NCBI GenBank assembly: GCA_951406725.2
Contig: OX597814.1
Span: 127,286,001-127,350,000, forward strand
From: Octopus vulgaris
Lineage: Eukaryota
Direction: 5' to 3'
Length of the DNA: 64,000 nt
A program made the translations under genes and the position numbers. Below, in pieces: positions 28,271 to 41,751 of this stretch. The notes beneath the pieces were generated by a model, which ran no database searches, was not told the origin of the DNA, and saw nothing but the letters and a program-made list of their open reading frames with translations. Position 1 is the stretch's first letter, and each line of letters starts with the position of its first letter.

Positions 28271-28949
28271 AAGACCAAACTGTTTCTATAACTATACAAT
28301 TCAGTTGCCTACTTCCTCTACAAAATTCTGTTTGTTGTCCTATAGTAATTCATTTACAATTGTATTGCCGTCTTAATGTTTCTGTAAATGTTATCCAGTT
28401 GCCTTTCTTCATATTGTGTCTTTTTGCTTTGAGTTAAGGGCTTCTTTGATTGGCCATAAGACAAAGGCGCCAATCATATTTCCTCTATCTAAGACTTACA
28501 TAAATATTCATAGTTTGTTATAAATGCAGATATGTGTGTGTGTGCTTCTGTATGCATGTATACAAACACACATGCACACAATTTTATAAACATGCATATA
28601 CCTCTATATATTAATAAAACAGTACATTTCTACCTTCATTTTGTATATCACTAGGGAGAGAGATAAAGAGGATTCTAAGAAGTGAGAGGCTGGGTAAGAG
28701 TGGGAGTTAAAGTAAACATGCAAGAAAAAGAGCAATAGAAAGTTGGAAGATTTAAACAAGGAGATGGAGAAAGTAGAATATAAAGGCACAGCAAAATTTG
28801 TGACTTCACTGCATCACTGGTTATCTCATTTTCTCTCAATATCTGTGTTTGTCATAAGTGTCTTTCAAGTGTATCTTTATATAAAATAATGTCTTTAGTT
28901 GTAACTATTATTTTGCAACAAGAATGGAAAATTGTTAAGATCTTATGTA

Positions 28950-29760
28950 CATCATCATTTAACGTCTGTTGTCCATGCTGGCATGGGTTGGATGGTTTGA
29001 CTAGGCTGGCATGCTGGAAAACTGCATCAGATTCCAGTCTGATCTGGCATGGTTTTCTACGGCTAGGTACCCTTCCTAATGCCAACCACTTTGAGAGTGT
29101 AATGGGTGTTTTTATATGCCATTGGCATGGGTGCCATTTGCATGACACTGGGGTGCATTTACATGTCACAGGCATGGGTGCCAATTTGCGTGACACCAGT
29201 ATCTGCTGCAACTGCAATTTTGCTTGGCTTGAGGGATCTTCTTAAGCACAACATAATGCCAAAGGTCTTGGTCATTGCTTCTGTGATGTCTAACACTTGA
29301 AAGGAACTCAGTCACTTTGCCTCTCTGAAGCCCAGTGTTTGAAAGGAACTCAGCCTCTTTGCTTCTGTGAGGCCCAAACTTGAAAAGAACTCAACCACTT
29401 TGCGTCTGTGAGGCCCAACATTCAAAAGATGTTCTTTATGTACCACCAGCACAGGTGCACTTGGCTTGATGGGTCCTCTCAAGCATGGTACATCGCCAAA
29501 GGTCTTAGTCACTAATCATTGCCTCTGTGAGGCTCAAATTTCGAAGATCATGCTTCACCATCTCGTCCCATGTTTTCCTGGGTCTACCTCTACCACAGGT
29601 TCCCTCCACAGTTTGGGATCTTCACTTCTTTACACAGCTGTCCTCATCCATACGCATCACATGACCATACCACAGTCGCCTCTCTTGCACTCTACATCTG
29701 ATTCCTCTTATGCTTAACTTTTCTCTCAAGATGCTTACACTCTGTTGGACATGCACACTG
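28950..29760 (-). mobile_element. RTE-clade LINE 3' end with repeat-bearing 3' UTR and (GAT)n tail
   Basis: Minus strand 29560-29690 encodes RRLWYGHVMRMDEDSCVK...GRPRKTW. It is followed by about 40-bp tandem units (gcctctgtgaggcccaa..gaaaggaactcag, 29275-29430) and the aacagacgttaaatgatgatg tail. Confidence 0.85.
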
Positions 29761-30520
29761 ACATACATTAGTATATATTCATGTATGTAATTATATGTGT
29801 GTGGTTATACATATATGAATACATATACATATGCAAAGGCTAAGGAGGAGTTAGGGTGTAACTAAAGAAGTAACTGTTGTAATTATAATAATATAAATAA
29901 GTATTTTAAATTAAGGTAGTATATACATATTTTCTTTTATGCATTTAGTCTTTTCACATGGCTGAGGCAATCAACCCTACTGATAAGCTCATTTGATTAT
30001 GTTTAGCAAAACACTATAAGCCCATATTATGATAACCTAAAATATATGTCTTTGGAAATTTACAGTAAGCAGGAATTAAGTACATGTGTGACAATAAGGA
30101 ACAGCTACCTAATGTAAATCAAATATGCATTTATATGTACATTGTATGCCTGATGATGTGGGCTCATTGCTATTTTGTTAGACCCACTGAAATGGACTAA
30201 GCTCATTTGTAAGGCTGATAGATAACACATGCATGTACACAAAGATTATGTGCTACTTTCTGATGTAGACACAAGGTTATACATTCTGAAGGAGGCATAC
30301 AGTTTATTAAAATGGTGCATAGCTTGATGGGGAAAGTGTGATGATACAGACCAGAGTTGAGTTACATTATTTTTCTTCACTTGCCTATATCAATACTTCG
30401 CCAGCATTATGTCACAGCTTAAAAGCAAAATTAGTAAATGAGAAGTAACCACCCAATGTCCATAAAAAAGCAGCAGGATACAATTAATCACAGAAGTTTT
30501 TGGCACATACAAACCAGTAG

Positions 30521-30522
<2 letters not shown>

Positions 30523-30612
<90 letters not shown>
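30523..30612. repeat. (CA)n(TA)n microsatellite
   Basis: Direct reading of the sequence. Confidence 0.95.
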
Positions 30613-30615
<3 letters not shown>

Positions 30616-33019
30616 TGTACACAAACACACCCCCATAGTCAAACAGACAACTAAAAATGATTACATAAATGATGCTTAAAACTGTCCTGAAAATAATTTA
30701 CAATTATTTAGAATAAAAATTCACTAGTTCTATAAATAATTATTTCAAAGTACAAATCAAATGTTGTAAAGAGGTGGCTACTTAGATCAATTTTTATTAG
30801 TGCTTTAACATTTAGAGGAATTGAATTTAAAACGCTTTGGTCGAAGTTTCAATATTAAATTAGTGATGGTCTGTGGCAAACTTGATTTCTGTAGCTTTTG
30901 GTAAAAGAGGTACAAATATTTTCCTAGTATCAAGATATTAATCTAATAGTAGACTAAAGGTTAAGTAGTTCAAATTAATCATGCTTTATCCAGAAACATA
31001 ATGCTATTCCTCAAGTGGGATATGAACTCAGGATTCCTCCATAACTAATCCAATACTAATGAAATATTTTATAACTACAAAAGATGTTCACGAGAATCTC
31101 TTCTGACATACTATCAATACAGTTTCTGTAAAACCAGGAGGTATGCTGTGGATTTTCTCTTTGGCATTACATACTAATGGTTTTGTACCTTAAACAAAAA
31201 AGAAATTTTGAAAAAATCTTAGCTATAACACCTTTGAAAAATTTGTTACCAAATATATCTGCTTCAACTCATCCTGCTAACTACACCAATGAGAACTGGA
31301 CAATCTGGTATTTATTTAACAGTACAAAACTATTAATAAAACACATTTCAAGAAAACATCCACAACATTATTCCCTCACTACTCTTGGGCAGTAATCAGT
31401 TAAAAGTACACACTGCCTACAAGAATACACAACTAAAACTATAGTATATTTAAAAATGCTAGTCCTTACTTTTGTAGCAGAACATCTTAGATATGACTAT
31501 AATTGCATCACAACAGTTGGGTTAGTTTTATTTTAAGAATAAAAAATTATTTCATTTCTAAACAGTTGTACAAAGCATAAATGACTATTACAATAATTTA
31601 GAGCATACATCTGGGACATTTGCTATATATACATTTTAGATTCTACAAATAACGAATTTGTTAAGTTACATTATATTACCCAAATCTCAACCTATCAATT
31701 TACCTGCCATTTTTACCACAACTACTGCATCTCACACCTCAGGCTCCATACTAATCATTGGCCAATCCATCTTCTGCATAGTCATACCCCTCTTGAACAT
31801 CCTCTCATATTTCCCCATCAACCAATACCAGCATGAATTTAAACAGAAAATATATCCATACCAACCACATTCAAGTTTTTCTATTCACCAGTATATATGT
31901 ATAATTATTACTAAAAGTTAGTAGGTTGATAAAAAGAAGTAAAAAAAAAAAAAAATCAAGGATGTGATGTTTAGAAAGCAGTGATATAATATCATCTACA
32001 CATTGCTACTAGATATCATTTATATTACATATTGCAATTTAGTTGTGTATATTCTTCATTGTGTGTTTCTGGAAAAGTTCAACCTTTCACTCCTAAATAA
32101 CACACACATTCCAAATCACATACGGCTTTCAGCTTTTCATTGCTTATTCCTTCATCTTTATAGAACTTCAAGAAAATAAATACTTTGTGAAAGAGGTGAG
32201 GAAATACGAGCATCCCAGCACTGTTAGACTAAGATAAGACCTTTACTGTCAAACATTTAGCCAGCTGAAAGCTATAAATATATTTTAAACAATAACACTA
32301 TTCCAGAGGAATTTCTTTCCCAGAAAAGAGTCAGTTTATACCCTGATTCATTATTTTCCTTTTTCTTTATTTTTTTCTTTTCTCTTTTTGTTTTTCCAGA
32401 ATGCAATAGTTGTTTGATATAGCTTTAATCTGTAACCAACAACTGTTTGTGATGCAAAGAAAGAGGTCAATATATCTGACAACTGCATCATCATGATTTA
32501 AGTTATAACAATAGAGTGCAACTTGACTAAATATACCACACGAAAGTTACAAAGGTATTTTTTCTTTATAGTTTTTTTTTTTAATAATAACTAATTTGCT
32601 TTTTTTAAAACATGAAATGAGTGGGAAAATTTCCATCTGAGATAGAACACTAGATAACTGAGATAATGAATTAATATAGTTTAAGAAATGCTTTTAACAC
32701 GATAAATTGGAAGACTAGTAGAATGAATGTCAAGTCAACTTGCAAAAGTGTGATCTCAATTATAAACTTCAATTTAGCTTTCCTCTTGAAATAGCTCAGG
32801 AGAAATTTTTGTAAGTTTATGTAAGCATTCTAGCTTATATGATCAAGTAGCATCATTATGTTTTAAAACTTTTAAAACATAATATTAATCTAAATAATTT
32901 TTAGCTGTCCTAGAATCACTATTTTTCGTTTTGTGCTTTCTTGTAAAAAGATGCAAAAAGATTAGTTCATGTCAGAGCTAAAAGGAAGCATAAATTGAGA
33001 GACAGGAAGGAAAATACTA

Positions 33020-33057
33020 AATCATATATGACAAGTAGTTACTTGTCATATATGATT
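33020..33057. repeat. Perfect 18-bp-arm palindrome
   Basis: aatcatatatgacaagta-gt-tacttgtcatatatgatt, followed by a partial third copy cttgtcatatat. Confidence 0.95.
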
Positions 33058-34699
33058 GCTTGTCATATATAGTTACTTTTGATTCATTAGATTATCATCT
33101 AATTATGTCACTAAGTGAATAATTGTGACCTTACAGTCTTCCTAAAAAAAATCTAGTAAGCACAGATGCAGTCAGAAAAATGAAATATAAAGTCATAAAT
33201 ACAGATAAATGCTAGATTGAATGAAGTGTAAAAATATCATTCACTTGAATGGTAAGAACTATTTGAACAATTGATACATTTGAACTAAATTAACATAAAA
33301 TCCCCTTCACATGTCATTTGATTTATCATATTTGTAAACCAAGCAAGTTCTAATAATAAATGCTATATATTTTAATTCAATACATCACATGTAGTTATGG
33401 ATTCTATAATAATAAAAAATGAAAAGACAGCTTGAATCTATGGAGCTACTACTGATTACTTGACTACTAAACGAGAAAACATCTAGGAAAACTGGATTTC
33501 TTGATTTTTCAAAAGATCTGTGTATAGGTATGTATTATGAACAGATGGTGAGACACAGAAATGAGACACTCCATTTCAGTGAAGAAGGAAAACAGATAAC
33601 TGCTTTCATTAAACGTGTTCCTACCAAGTTATATAAAAAAAATTTAAAAAAAACTGTTTGGCCATGTGTTTCAAGCAAGTTAGAGCAAAATTTAAATGCA
33701 TTACCATGAGAGAAATGGTAAATAAGATAAGAAAAGATGATACATTAGTAAGTATAAGATCAACAAAGAATCTATTTCCATATTGCTTTGTGAAGATGAA
33801 AATCTTATATTTATCAATCTAAAAGGAACTATTCTAATACTCCAGTATAGGAAATAAATTGAGTCATGAGAGAAATAAGGTAACAACACATGAAAGGAAA
33901 GATATCACAAAGAGACATAAGTAACTAAAAGTTAGGTTTAATAATTTGAATTTTAAAATAGTTTCTTCAAATCTGAATGATACAAAATCTGAATAAAACA
34001 ATATGCATAATAAAACACAAAGCAAACAAGGATCCTTTTGGCAAACCTTTCGGTTATGGCTAGAATAAGTACTTTGCTTTTTTTTTTTGTGTTATTTCAG
34101 TTTAGGTTATTTAGATACTTTTTTGTTTTTTATTAAAAATAATTTGGAAAAAATTTCAATTGTTTACAATGATTCAGTTTTATATTTCTCATAAATAGTT
34201 AAATCTTTATTACAACACTGTCAATTATTGTTAGATCATTATTACAATACTCATCTCTTATAAAGTTGTGACAGTATTACAACACTTTTCTCTTAGTACT
34301 TGTTAAGACATCATTAATCACAGAAAGGATCAAAGCGATTTAGCATGAATGAACTATAAACAAATCTGTGAAGAAAATGGAGCTTTTATTTTCATTTATA
34401 AATTAACTTTTACAATTAAATGTCCTTTCTACACCTGGAAACAGATTAGGGAAATAAAGTTAATATTATACAATGTCACCAATAACTATCAAATCCAATT
34501 ACAATAAAGATGCTTGGCACTAAAATTTATGCTAGAACCTCTAATAATAGTCACAACTGAATCAGAAAAATCTGGCTCCACTGATATGGTAATGAGTACT
34601 CTTATGATACAAAATACAAGCCAAGTGCTGCATGGTAGAAGGGAAAGTAGAGAAAAACTAGTAATGTTGTTTTCTATTAAAGAAGTTTCCAGCTTCATA

Positions 34700-35160
34700 C
34701 TAAAATAATGTTGGCATGAGTCGTATGATTTGAGAGGATCCAATAGGTCCAAAGACTGGACTGTGCTTACAATATTTGCTTCGACATGGTTTCTACAACT
34801 GGATGCCCTACCTAATGCCAACCACTCTACGGAGTATACTAGGTGCATTTTTCATGGTACCAACAATACTAGTGAGGTAGCTTACAAGACTAAGATTCCA
34901 TTTGACTGAGTGTTAGCTACAGTAGAAAGGGAGGCAGGTTTATGTAAAGAGATGAGAGGTTAAAGCATGAGAGAAATAGCCCCAACAGGCTTCTTGCCAT
35001 AGAGGAGCTACATGGTTACATGTACTATAGAAGAAAGGGTAGGAGTAACCAGGGTGGAGCTGGAAAGCGATAAAATAGTGATGATGAGGTGTCAGGTCAG
35101 CTCCTTAAGGTATGAGGTGAGTAGAAGTGAGTAGGAACAGAAGAAAAAGAGTGGGTGAGT
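34700..35160 (-). mobile_element. Longer member of the (GAT)n-tailed repeat family with purine-rich body
   Basis: Core ctacaactggatgccctacctaatgccaacc, plus gagaggttaaagcatgagag...gaggagctacatgg shared with 56450-57300. Confidence 0.55.
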
Positions 35161-37299
35161 AAAGGTTGCAAATGAAACACATCTTTGTAGCCAGATATTG
35201 TATCAAGCACACAGAAGTCAAATGATACATCATAATTAGATGTTACACAAAACACTCAGTTTAGATATTTCAGGTAGTGAATGGTGAGATGTTATATGAA
35301 CAATAGCATTTAGTGGTAGCAGAAAGTACTCTTCTATACCAAGTTCTTCAGTTCTTTATAGATTTGTAATAGTCAGAAGAAATTGCATTTTTGACAAAAT
35401 AGATATCTTTATAGGGATTTTAAAGGAATCAGCTATGTTTACAGCTGATCTCAAAACAAGGGTCCGGGTAATTCTTTTTCCCCAACCTAACAAATTAGAC
35501 TAAAGGTATATTAGTGAAAATAATCAATGATTTTGCTAAATTGTGGAAGAAGACTCAAAAAAGTGTGTAAAACTCTGTCACACAACAAATAATATCTTGT
35601 ACTTTTGGCTGAGGTTAAAAAAAAGAAAAAGAAAAAGGGCCATATTTTATAAACTTTAGGTAGAAATCAAATACAGAACAAAAATGTTTTATTTTTTTCC
35701 TTTCAAAAGAAATTTCCTCTTTCATAATAAAATAATTTTAAATCAAGACTTTATGATTCTAAATATGTTTTTTTGAATATTTAGCAAAGTATCCCAAGGA
35801 TATTGTGGTCATCTATTCATATAGTGCAACACAATTTGTTTCCAGTTAACCAGATAGTGTCTTTCTGTCATTTTTATTTCTTATAAACTTTACATTCAGT
35901 TTCCTATGATTATATAGGTGATAGGGATTATTTGTTAGAGTACTCTATCTACTTGTGCATAATATGCAATTTTGGGGGGATTTTTTAAAATCATAAAATT
36001 AGAGATGTGCATCAATGCATAAGAAATATTATCCATTTTATCTCAACCCCAAATGTGTCCATATATAGGTTGGTTGGAAGTAAATAATATCTACTTACCA
36101 AGCTGATAGAGTAATAAACAATTTAAAATCACTACAATGTTAGAATTTTCTATATTAATAATTATATTAAATATTCTTTATATTTCATAACTACGCCCAT
36201 ACTGGAGATAGTACTAATTGATGTCCAATTAAATACAGCAAAAATTTACCATAATAGTTGATACAAAATAATAAGAAAAGAAAATTAACATTGGTGATCA
36301 TGAAACAGTTTTCTGGTCTAGACAGAAATTCATACTATAAATATTATCTATATAGTGTTAACACTGTGTTTTTTTATGTCCTATGAAATTTAATACAAAA
36401 TACTTGATGGACTGGTTTAAGATGTTTTTTTTTCTATTTGATAAAAAAAAAATTTTTTTTAATAAATCCTTGATGTCTAAAATTTAAAAAAAATAAAAAG
36501 TTTAAGGGCTGGATAGCAAAACTCGAGTCTGTCATTATCAAAATCAAATTCATTTTTCACCATCATTATTTAACATCTGTTTTCCATGCTGGCAAGTCAG
36601 AAGTCTGCACCAATCTCTACTGTCTGCTTTGGTATGGTTTATATGACTAGATGCTCTATGATGGGATTTCTTTAATGCTGACTTTACAAGTGCACTTCTT
36701 TTATGGCCTACCCTGGTAAAATTCAAAAATCGCTTTGAAATCTGCCTGCTGTTTCATTTAGGGTGTATAAAATTTTTCAGTGTATTTTATATAATAACAA
36801 ACCTGAATAAACACTCTATTTTATATAATCATACTATCATTATCATATATATTATACTGAAGAGATTTTTTCCTGCATTTTGTTTTTCTAATTAGTTTAC
36901 ATTATACAAGAGGGTTTATTATATATGAATAAATACAGTAATTGATACATCAGCTAGATTATGTCCATCCTTCTGATAACCAGTCAATTGTTGAGAACTG
37001 AGTAAAACTTGATAATTTCTAAGCAACACTTCCTAAGGTTGGAGATTTTACTAAAGTATATCAGACTATCAAAGAGAAACTACTGTCAATGTATTTTTTA
37101 CTCTGGTGTTCATTTCACTTTGCCAGTTACCAAAATTTCAGGTTCTGAAGAATGGAAGTTGATGTGTTTTCACAAACCATATAAAAGACAGTTTCCTAAC
37201 TTAGAAACTATTACATTATTACAAATATCAATGGAAGAGGACACAAGATGAACTGATTTTCTGTATCAATTCTCTGATGTTGAGCAAAATCTTTTATTA

Positions 37300-38290
37300 A
37301 ACTAAAAACTGCCATGTGTTTATTGTATCAATGAAAGTATCAACAGTTTAGAGATGTAAAATTCTTGACGTTTTCTAACACAATATTTTTTATGTACACT
37401 TCTTTTGAATTATCTTCACTAGCTTTAATCTAGTTTTATATTTAAAGCATTCATGTATTCTGACATTTCTATGTCAATAAGTCAATAATTAAATTAGTGT
37501 CTTGACCCATGTCAATATTAATCAAATCATCTAGTGATACACAGTACGATATCCTGAATACAAAATGTAAGCTTAGATAAGAAGGTTTGTTTGAATTTTC
37601 AATCCAGGAAAACCTTATTACATCTGTCCCAACTTGACACAAAAAGTGTTTTATAGCTAATTAATCCCAAGAACCAGTGCTAAAACCTACTTTTCAGGCA
37701 AGATCATTTAGTTTTCTTGCAACAATCTGCATAACAGAATATATGTGTCACTTGCATTAAATAGTTCCATTGGAGACATTAAAAAGAGCATTTATGTATA
37801 AAAGAGATCTGCAACAATTCATGAAGATATTAAAGTCTGTAAAGCCACCCCAGCAAGATAGAGAAACTGATATACAAAGAGTCTATTAAATCAGAGAGTA
37901 ACGGTTAGATATTCTATTCCATATCAAGCACACACAGGTTGTTTTAGAAGATTTTAGCCAAATTTAAAATAAAACTTACGTTTTAATTGCAGTTAATGAA
38001 GTTATTTTCAATCAGCAAGCTAGTAACAAGCACTTAACTATGTTCTTCATGCATAAGACATCTTTGGAAAAATTTTCAGCATCATAATCTGTAGTCATTT
38101 TGAGATCTTCAGTTGATTATGCTTCCCTGAGGAGGTCTAATAAAACCAAAACACGTTCAGAGTTGTTACCTTAGTGACAACAACCTGACACTTCTACTGC
38201 CTGCATATCTCCATGGAATAATTTATCCGATTGAAATTTTAAGTTCTTTCCCTTGCCTCTTCTGAGAATTTTCATCAATGCTTAATGAAT
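37300..38290 (+). mobile_element. Highly degenerate Penelope-like 3' region (possible GIY-YIG relic + pLTR)
   Basis: Homologous to 3560-3960 (minus) and carries a hammerhead-like motif at 38127. Protein motifs are only faint. Confidence 0.45.
38123..38164 (+). ncRNA. Mutated minimal hammerhead motif
   Basis: CTGAGGA-GGT-ctaataaa-ACC-AAAAC-AC-GTT. AAAAC is consistent with CpG decay of (C)GAAAC. Same family as 3733-3773. Confidence 0.45.
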
Positions 38291-39099
38291 TTTCATCTCA
38301 TTAAGGCTAAAATTTCAATTAATTAAAATAATTTTTAGCTGACCATATCAAATATGACAGCATGCATTTGGCTATAGATGTATAAGTATGTATACTTATT
38401 TAAAAAATGGGGCAGCATACACTCACTCTGCTTCCTCTACAACCTCACATCTCCCCACCATCTCTTATATCATATTCCACTCCTCTATTCTGTCACTCAC
38501 CTTACCCATTCCACCTATAACTGAAAGGAAAACATTTGACCTGAACATATTGATCCCCTCTATCTCCACCGCCCATGTCTTGTTACTTCTACCTTTATCT
38601 TTCCAAATCATGATGCCTGAGTGGTGAGGGACCACACTTTTGCAATATTCACTCACTCTCCTCAGTCTTCAACCATCATGCTCTCTTATGTTAACCTTCA
38701 TGAACATGTTACTTAGGTTATGCTCATCTCTTTTGCTCCTTCACACATCACTCTGCACACTCCCATCCACCCATATATAAACATGGGATAGCAGTGCATT
38801 ACCCCTCACTGAATCCACCCTGTTATCCTTATAAGTCCTTAATCCAGGATACTATCCCATTTTCCTTTCCAATTTCTCCTACCCTAAAACTCTGTTACTC
38901 TCTCCATGACTCACTCCTCCCATCAAACCTTAACTTATTAACACTTCACCTAAGTCACCCCCCCCCTTCTACACTCTCTCTCAGTTGTGGGATCTCTATA
39001 ATCTTACAAGGTGCTCCCTGATAAAATGTACCTAATATCCAGTACTCTGCAAAGCAGTTCCTGATAGGAAGGGCACCCAATTGTAGAAACCATACGAAA

Positions 39100-39650
39100 A
39101 GCATAACATTTAAGCAAGTTAATGTTCTTGATATGTACAGGAAAGCAGCAATTCTGAATAAGAACTACAGTTTTCATTTTCTGCCCGTAAAGTTCAGTGA
39201 AGAATTTAGTGTACCGGTAGGTGTATATTAGTAGATGGTTCTCAACCCCCTCCTATTATTACAGCTTTCCAGGCCATAACAGAGGAGTTTAAGATTAGTA
39301 GTCCATAGGAACTTCTATATAACAATGACACAGATCTTATAGTTGAATTTCTCAATATAGAAGTGAGGTATAGAACTGAGATGCCTCCAAGTAAACTTAG
39401 CAATGATTTAAGTTTTAGTCAGCAAGAAATAGAACAGGACTCTGCTGCCACTGGAAAAGTAACCAAGTTTATATGTAGGAAAGAGTAGGTTTAAATTCCA
39501 TATAAGGTACCTAATGTCAACTTTGGGGGCACAAACAGACTGACAGAGGATATAGACTTCATATATGGGTGAAGTATAGTAGAGAGCAGTAAGAGTACAT
39601 ATGAAGTAAATTCTTCCAAACACTCAAAAGGATCCATAAAACTAGCTGTT
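39100..39650 (-). mobile_element. CR1-like LINE 3' fragment
   Basis: Minus-strand LYYTSPIYEVYILCQSVCAP resembles the conserved LY...P.LEY..VW.P region. Degenerate. Confidence 0.4.
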
Positions 39651-39659
39651 ACTTGGTTG

Positions 39660-40080
39660 ACCTAATTAGCAGTGGAGCTGAATGCTTTGAAGATATAAGA
39701 AGAAGAGTAAGAATAAAGTAGAAAAAGTTTATCTCTGTTGGTCATAAAAGTATTCTCTTTCTGAGTAAAGAGTAGATTGTATGATACTTGTGAATGAAGT
39801 GTAATGTTGTATGGTGATGAAACACGAGTATTGAATGAAGTGAATGTGCAAAAGCTAGAAAGATATGTGAGCAAGCTCCGTGTAATGTTATTGTACTTAA
39901 ACAGGGCGGACTGAGCCAGAACAGACATGTAATGTAGTTGGTTAAAGAAGAAGCAGGTGATCTAAATGGAAGGAACTTGTAAAAGAAGACCAAGGAAGAG
40001 ATGGAAAAATAGGGAAAGCTAAACCTAACAAAAGAGATGAGATAAAAACTGAAACAAGCAATGAAATGCTGTTTTGAAGG
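39660..40080 (+). mobile_element. RTE-clade LINE RT C-terminal fragment
   Basis: MLYGDET (LLYGSETW-like, about 39804) and RPRKRW (about 39987). Confidence 0.6.
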
Positions 40081-40232
40081 CAAAGAGATCAACTTTGTCT
40101 TTCATCCTTTTGAGGTTAATAAAATAACAAGCCAAGAATTGGGGTTGCTTTGATCAACTAACTCTTCCTTTCAAAATTAATAATAATAATAATAATAATA
40201 ATAATTAAAGGATTGATATTACTCCTCCAGAA

Positions 40233-40359
40233 ATTAAAGAAACAATAAGAAGAGTGCAACAGTTATCGAATGAACAATATTTTGAACTTGTGGAAGACAC
40301 ACGAGATGTCGAAATATTGTTCATTCAATTAGTCGCACTCTTCTTATTGTTTCTTTAAT
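40233..40359. repeat. 127-bp inverted repeat enclosing a hammerhead-like motif
   Basis: Arms attaaagaaacaataagaagagtgc / gcactcttcttattgtttctttaat and gaatgaacaatattt / aaatattgttcattc. Confidence 0.9.
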
Positions 40360-40552
40360 AATAATAATAATAATGATGATGTCATGTATATGGGATGTGT
40401 GGGTTTGTGCCCCACAGGTAGCCTTTAATTCTTTTTTATCCAAAGGGTTTTTAAACCCAATATTTACATGCTGTCATTTATACCTTATTGGCTCCAAGAG
40501 CCAATGTTCAAAAAGCTATCATCATTATTATTATTATTATTATTATTATTAG

Positions 40553-40780
40553 CAAGGTGGCGAGCTAGCAAAATCATTGGCATGCTGGGCAAAATGCTTA
40601 GCCGCATTTAGTCCATCTTTACATTCTTAGTTCAAATTCCACCAAGGTCAACTTTACCTTTCATCCATTAGGGATTGATAATTTAAGTACTAATGACACG
40701 CTGGGTCAATGTAATTGACTAGTCTTCTGCCCGTAAATTTCAGGCCATGCGCCTTTAGTAGAAAGGGTTATTATTATTAT
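40553..40780 (+). mobile_element. tRNA-derived SINE with (TTA)n tail
   Basis: ggcgagctagc...gttcaaattcc...gtagaaagg-(tta)n. Further copies at 41288-41505 and 41508-41750. Confidence 0.8.
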
Positions 40781-40781
40781 T

Positions 40782-41280
40782 GAGTGGAGAGCAGTGCATG
40801 CCATCAAAGTGACACTGAGGTAAAATATACACCAGGCACATGCATCACAACCATATGTACGCAACATGGTGATCTCATTTCAAGATAAACAGTGCATGAC
40901 CTTGCATGTGGGGCCTAGTTAGAATTTTCTTCAGGTCAAGTAGCCTATCTCACTCAAAAGGTCCTTGAATAAGGGTTGCTTAAGGATGTTGAACAAAACA
41001 CGCATGTTTCCAGAGGTGAAATATTCAAACCCCAAAGAATTCCTCCTAACACATGGCTATGATGGTCCCCCACTATTTCTGCTCATGATCAGAGATACAT
41101 GTATTGTCAGCCACCAAAGGACATGCTCAACTGGTTAAAGTCAAAGCAAATCTGTGATATTGAGCAAAATATTTGCTGTAACCCATCTTTTATACCAAGA
41201 CAAAACATGTACATGATAACACTGCCAATCAGTTAAGGTCAGAAGCCATGAGAGCCAAAGCCTGGTACTGCATCAGAGCA
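40782..41280 (-). mobile_element. About 500-bp non-coding (TAA)n-embedded retroposon
   Basis: Reverse-complement homologue of 55570-56121. Its 3' end ...ctctccactc runs into (aat)n. Confidence 0.8.
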
Positions 41281-41287
41281 GTTATTA

Positions 41288-41717
41288 GGTGAGTTGGCAG
41301 AATTGTTAACATGCCAGATGAAATGCTTAGCAGTATTTTGTCTGTCTTCATGTTCTGAGTTAAAATTCCACTGAGGTCGACTTTGCTTTTCATCCTTTCG
41401 GGATCAATAAATTAAGTACCAGTAAAACATTGGAGTTGATGTAATCGACTAGTCCCCTCCCACCAAATTTCAGGCCTCTTGCCTATAGTAGAAAGGATTA
41501 TTATTAAGACAGTGAACTGGCATAGGAATAAATGCTTTGTGGCATTTGTTCCAGCTCTTTAGATTCCAAATTCAAATCTTGCCTAAGTCAATTTTGCCAT
41601 TCATCCTTTTGAGGTTGGTAAAGTACAAGTCAAATCCTGGAGTTGATGGTTTCAACTAATACCCTCCCCTCAAAACTGCTGGCCTTGTGCCTAAATTAGA
41701 AACCATTATTATTATTA

Positions 41718-41748
<31 letters not shown>

Positions 41749-41750
41749 CA
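41288..41750 (+). mobile_element. Two tandem TTA-tailed SINEs
   Basis: Two successive heads (gagttggcagaat; gaactggcata), each with a B-box-like ttcaaat/ttaaaattcc and an (att)n tail. Confidence 0.75.
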
Positions 41751-41751
41751 T

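Noticed and set aside
29275-29430. Regularly spaced 40-bp repeats resembling a CRISPR array
   Set aside because: The units are head-to-tail without unique spacers, inside an RTE 3' UTR in eukaryotic DNA.
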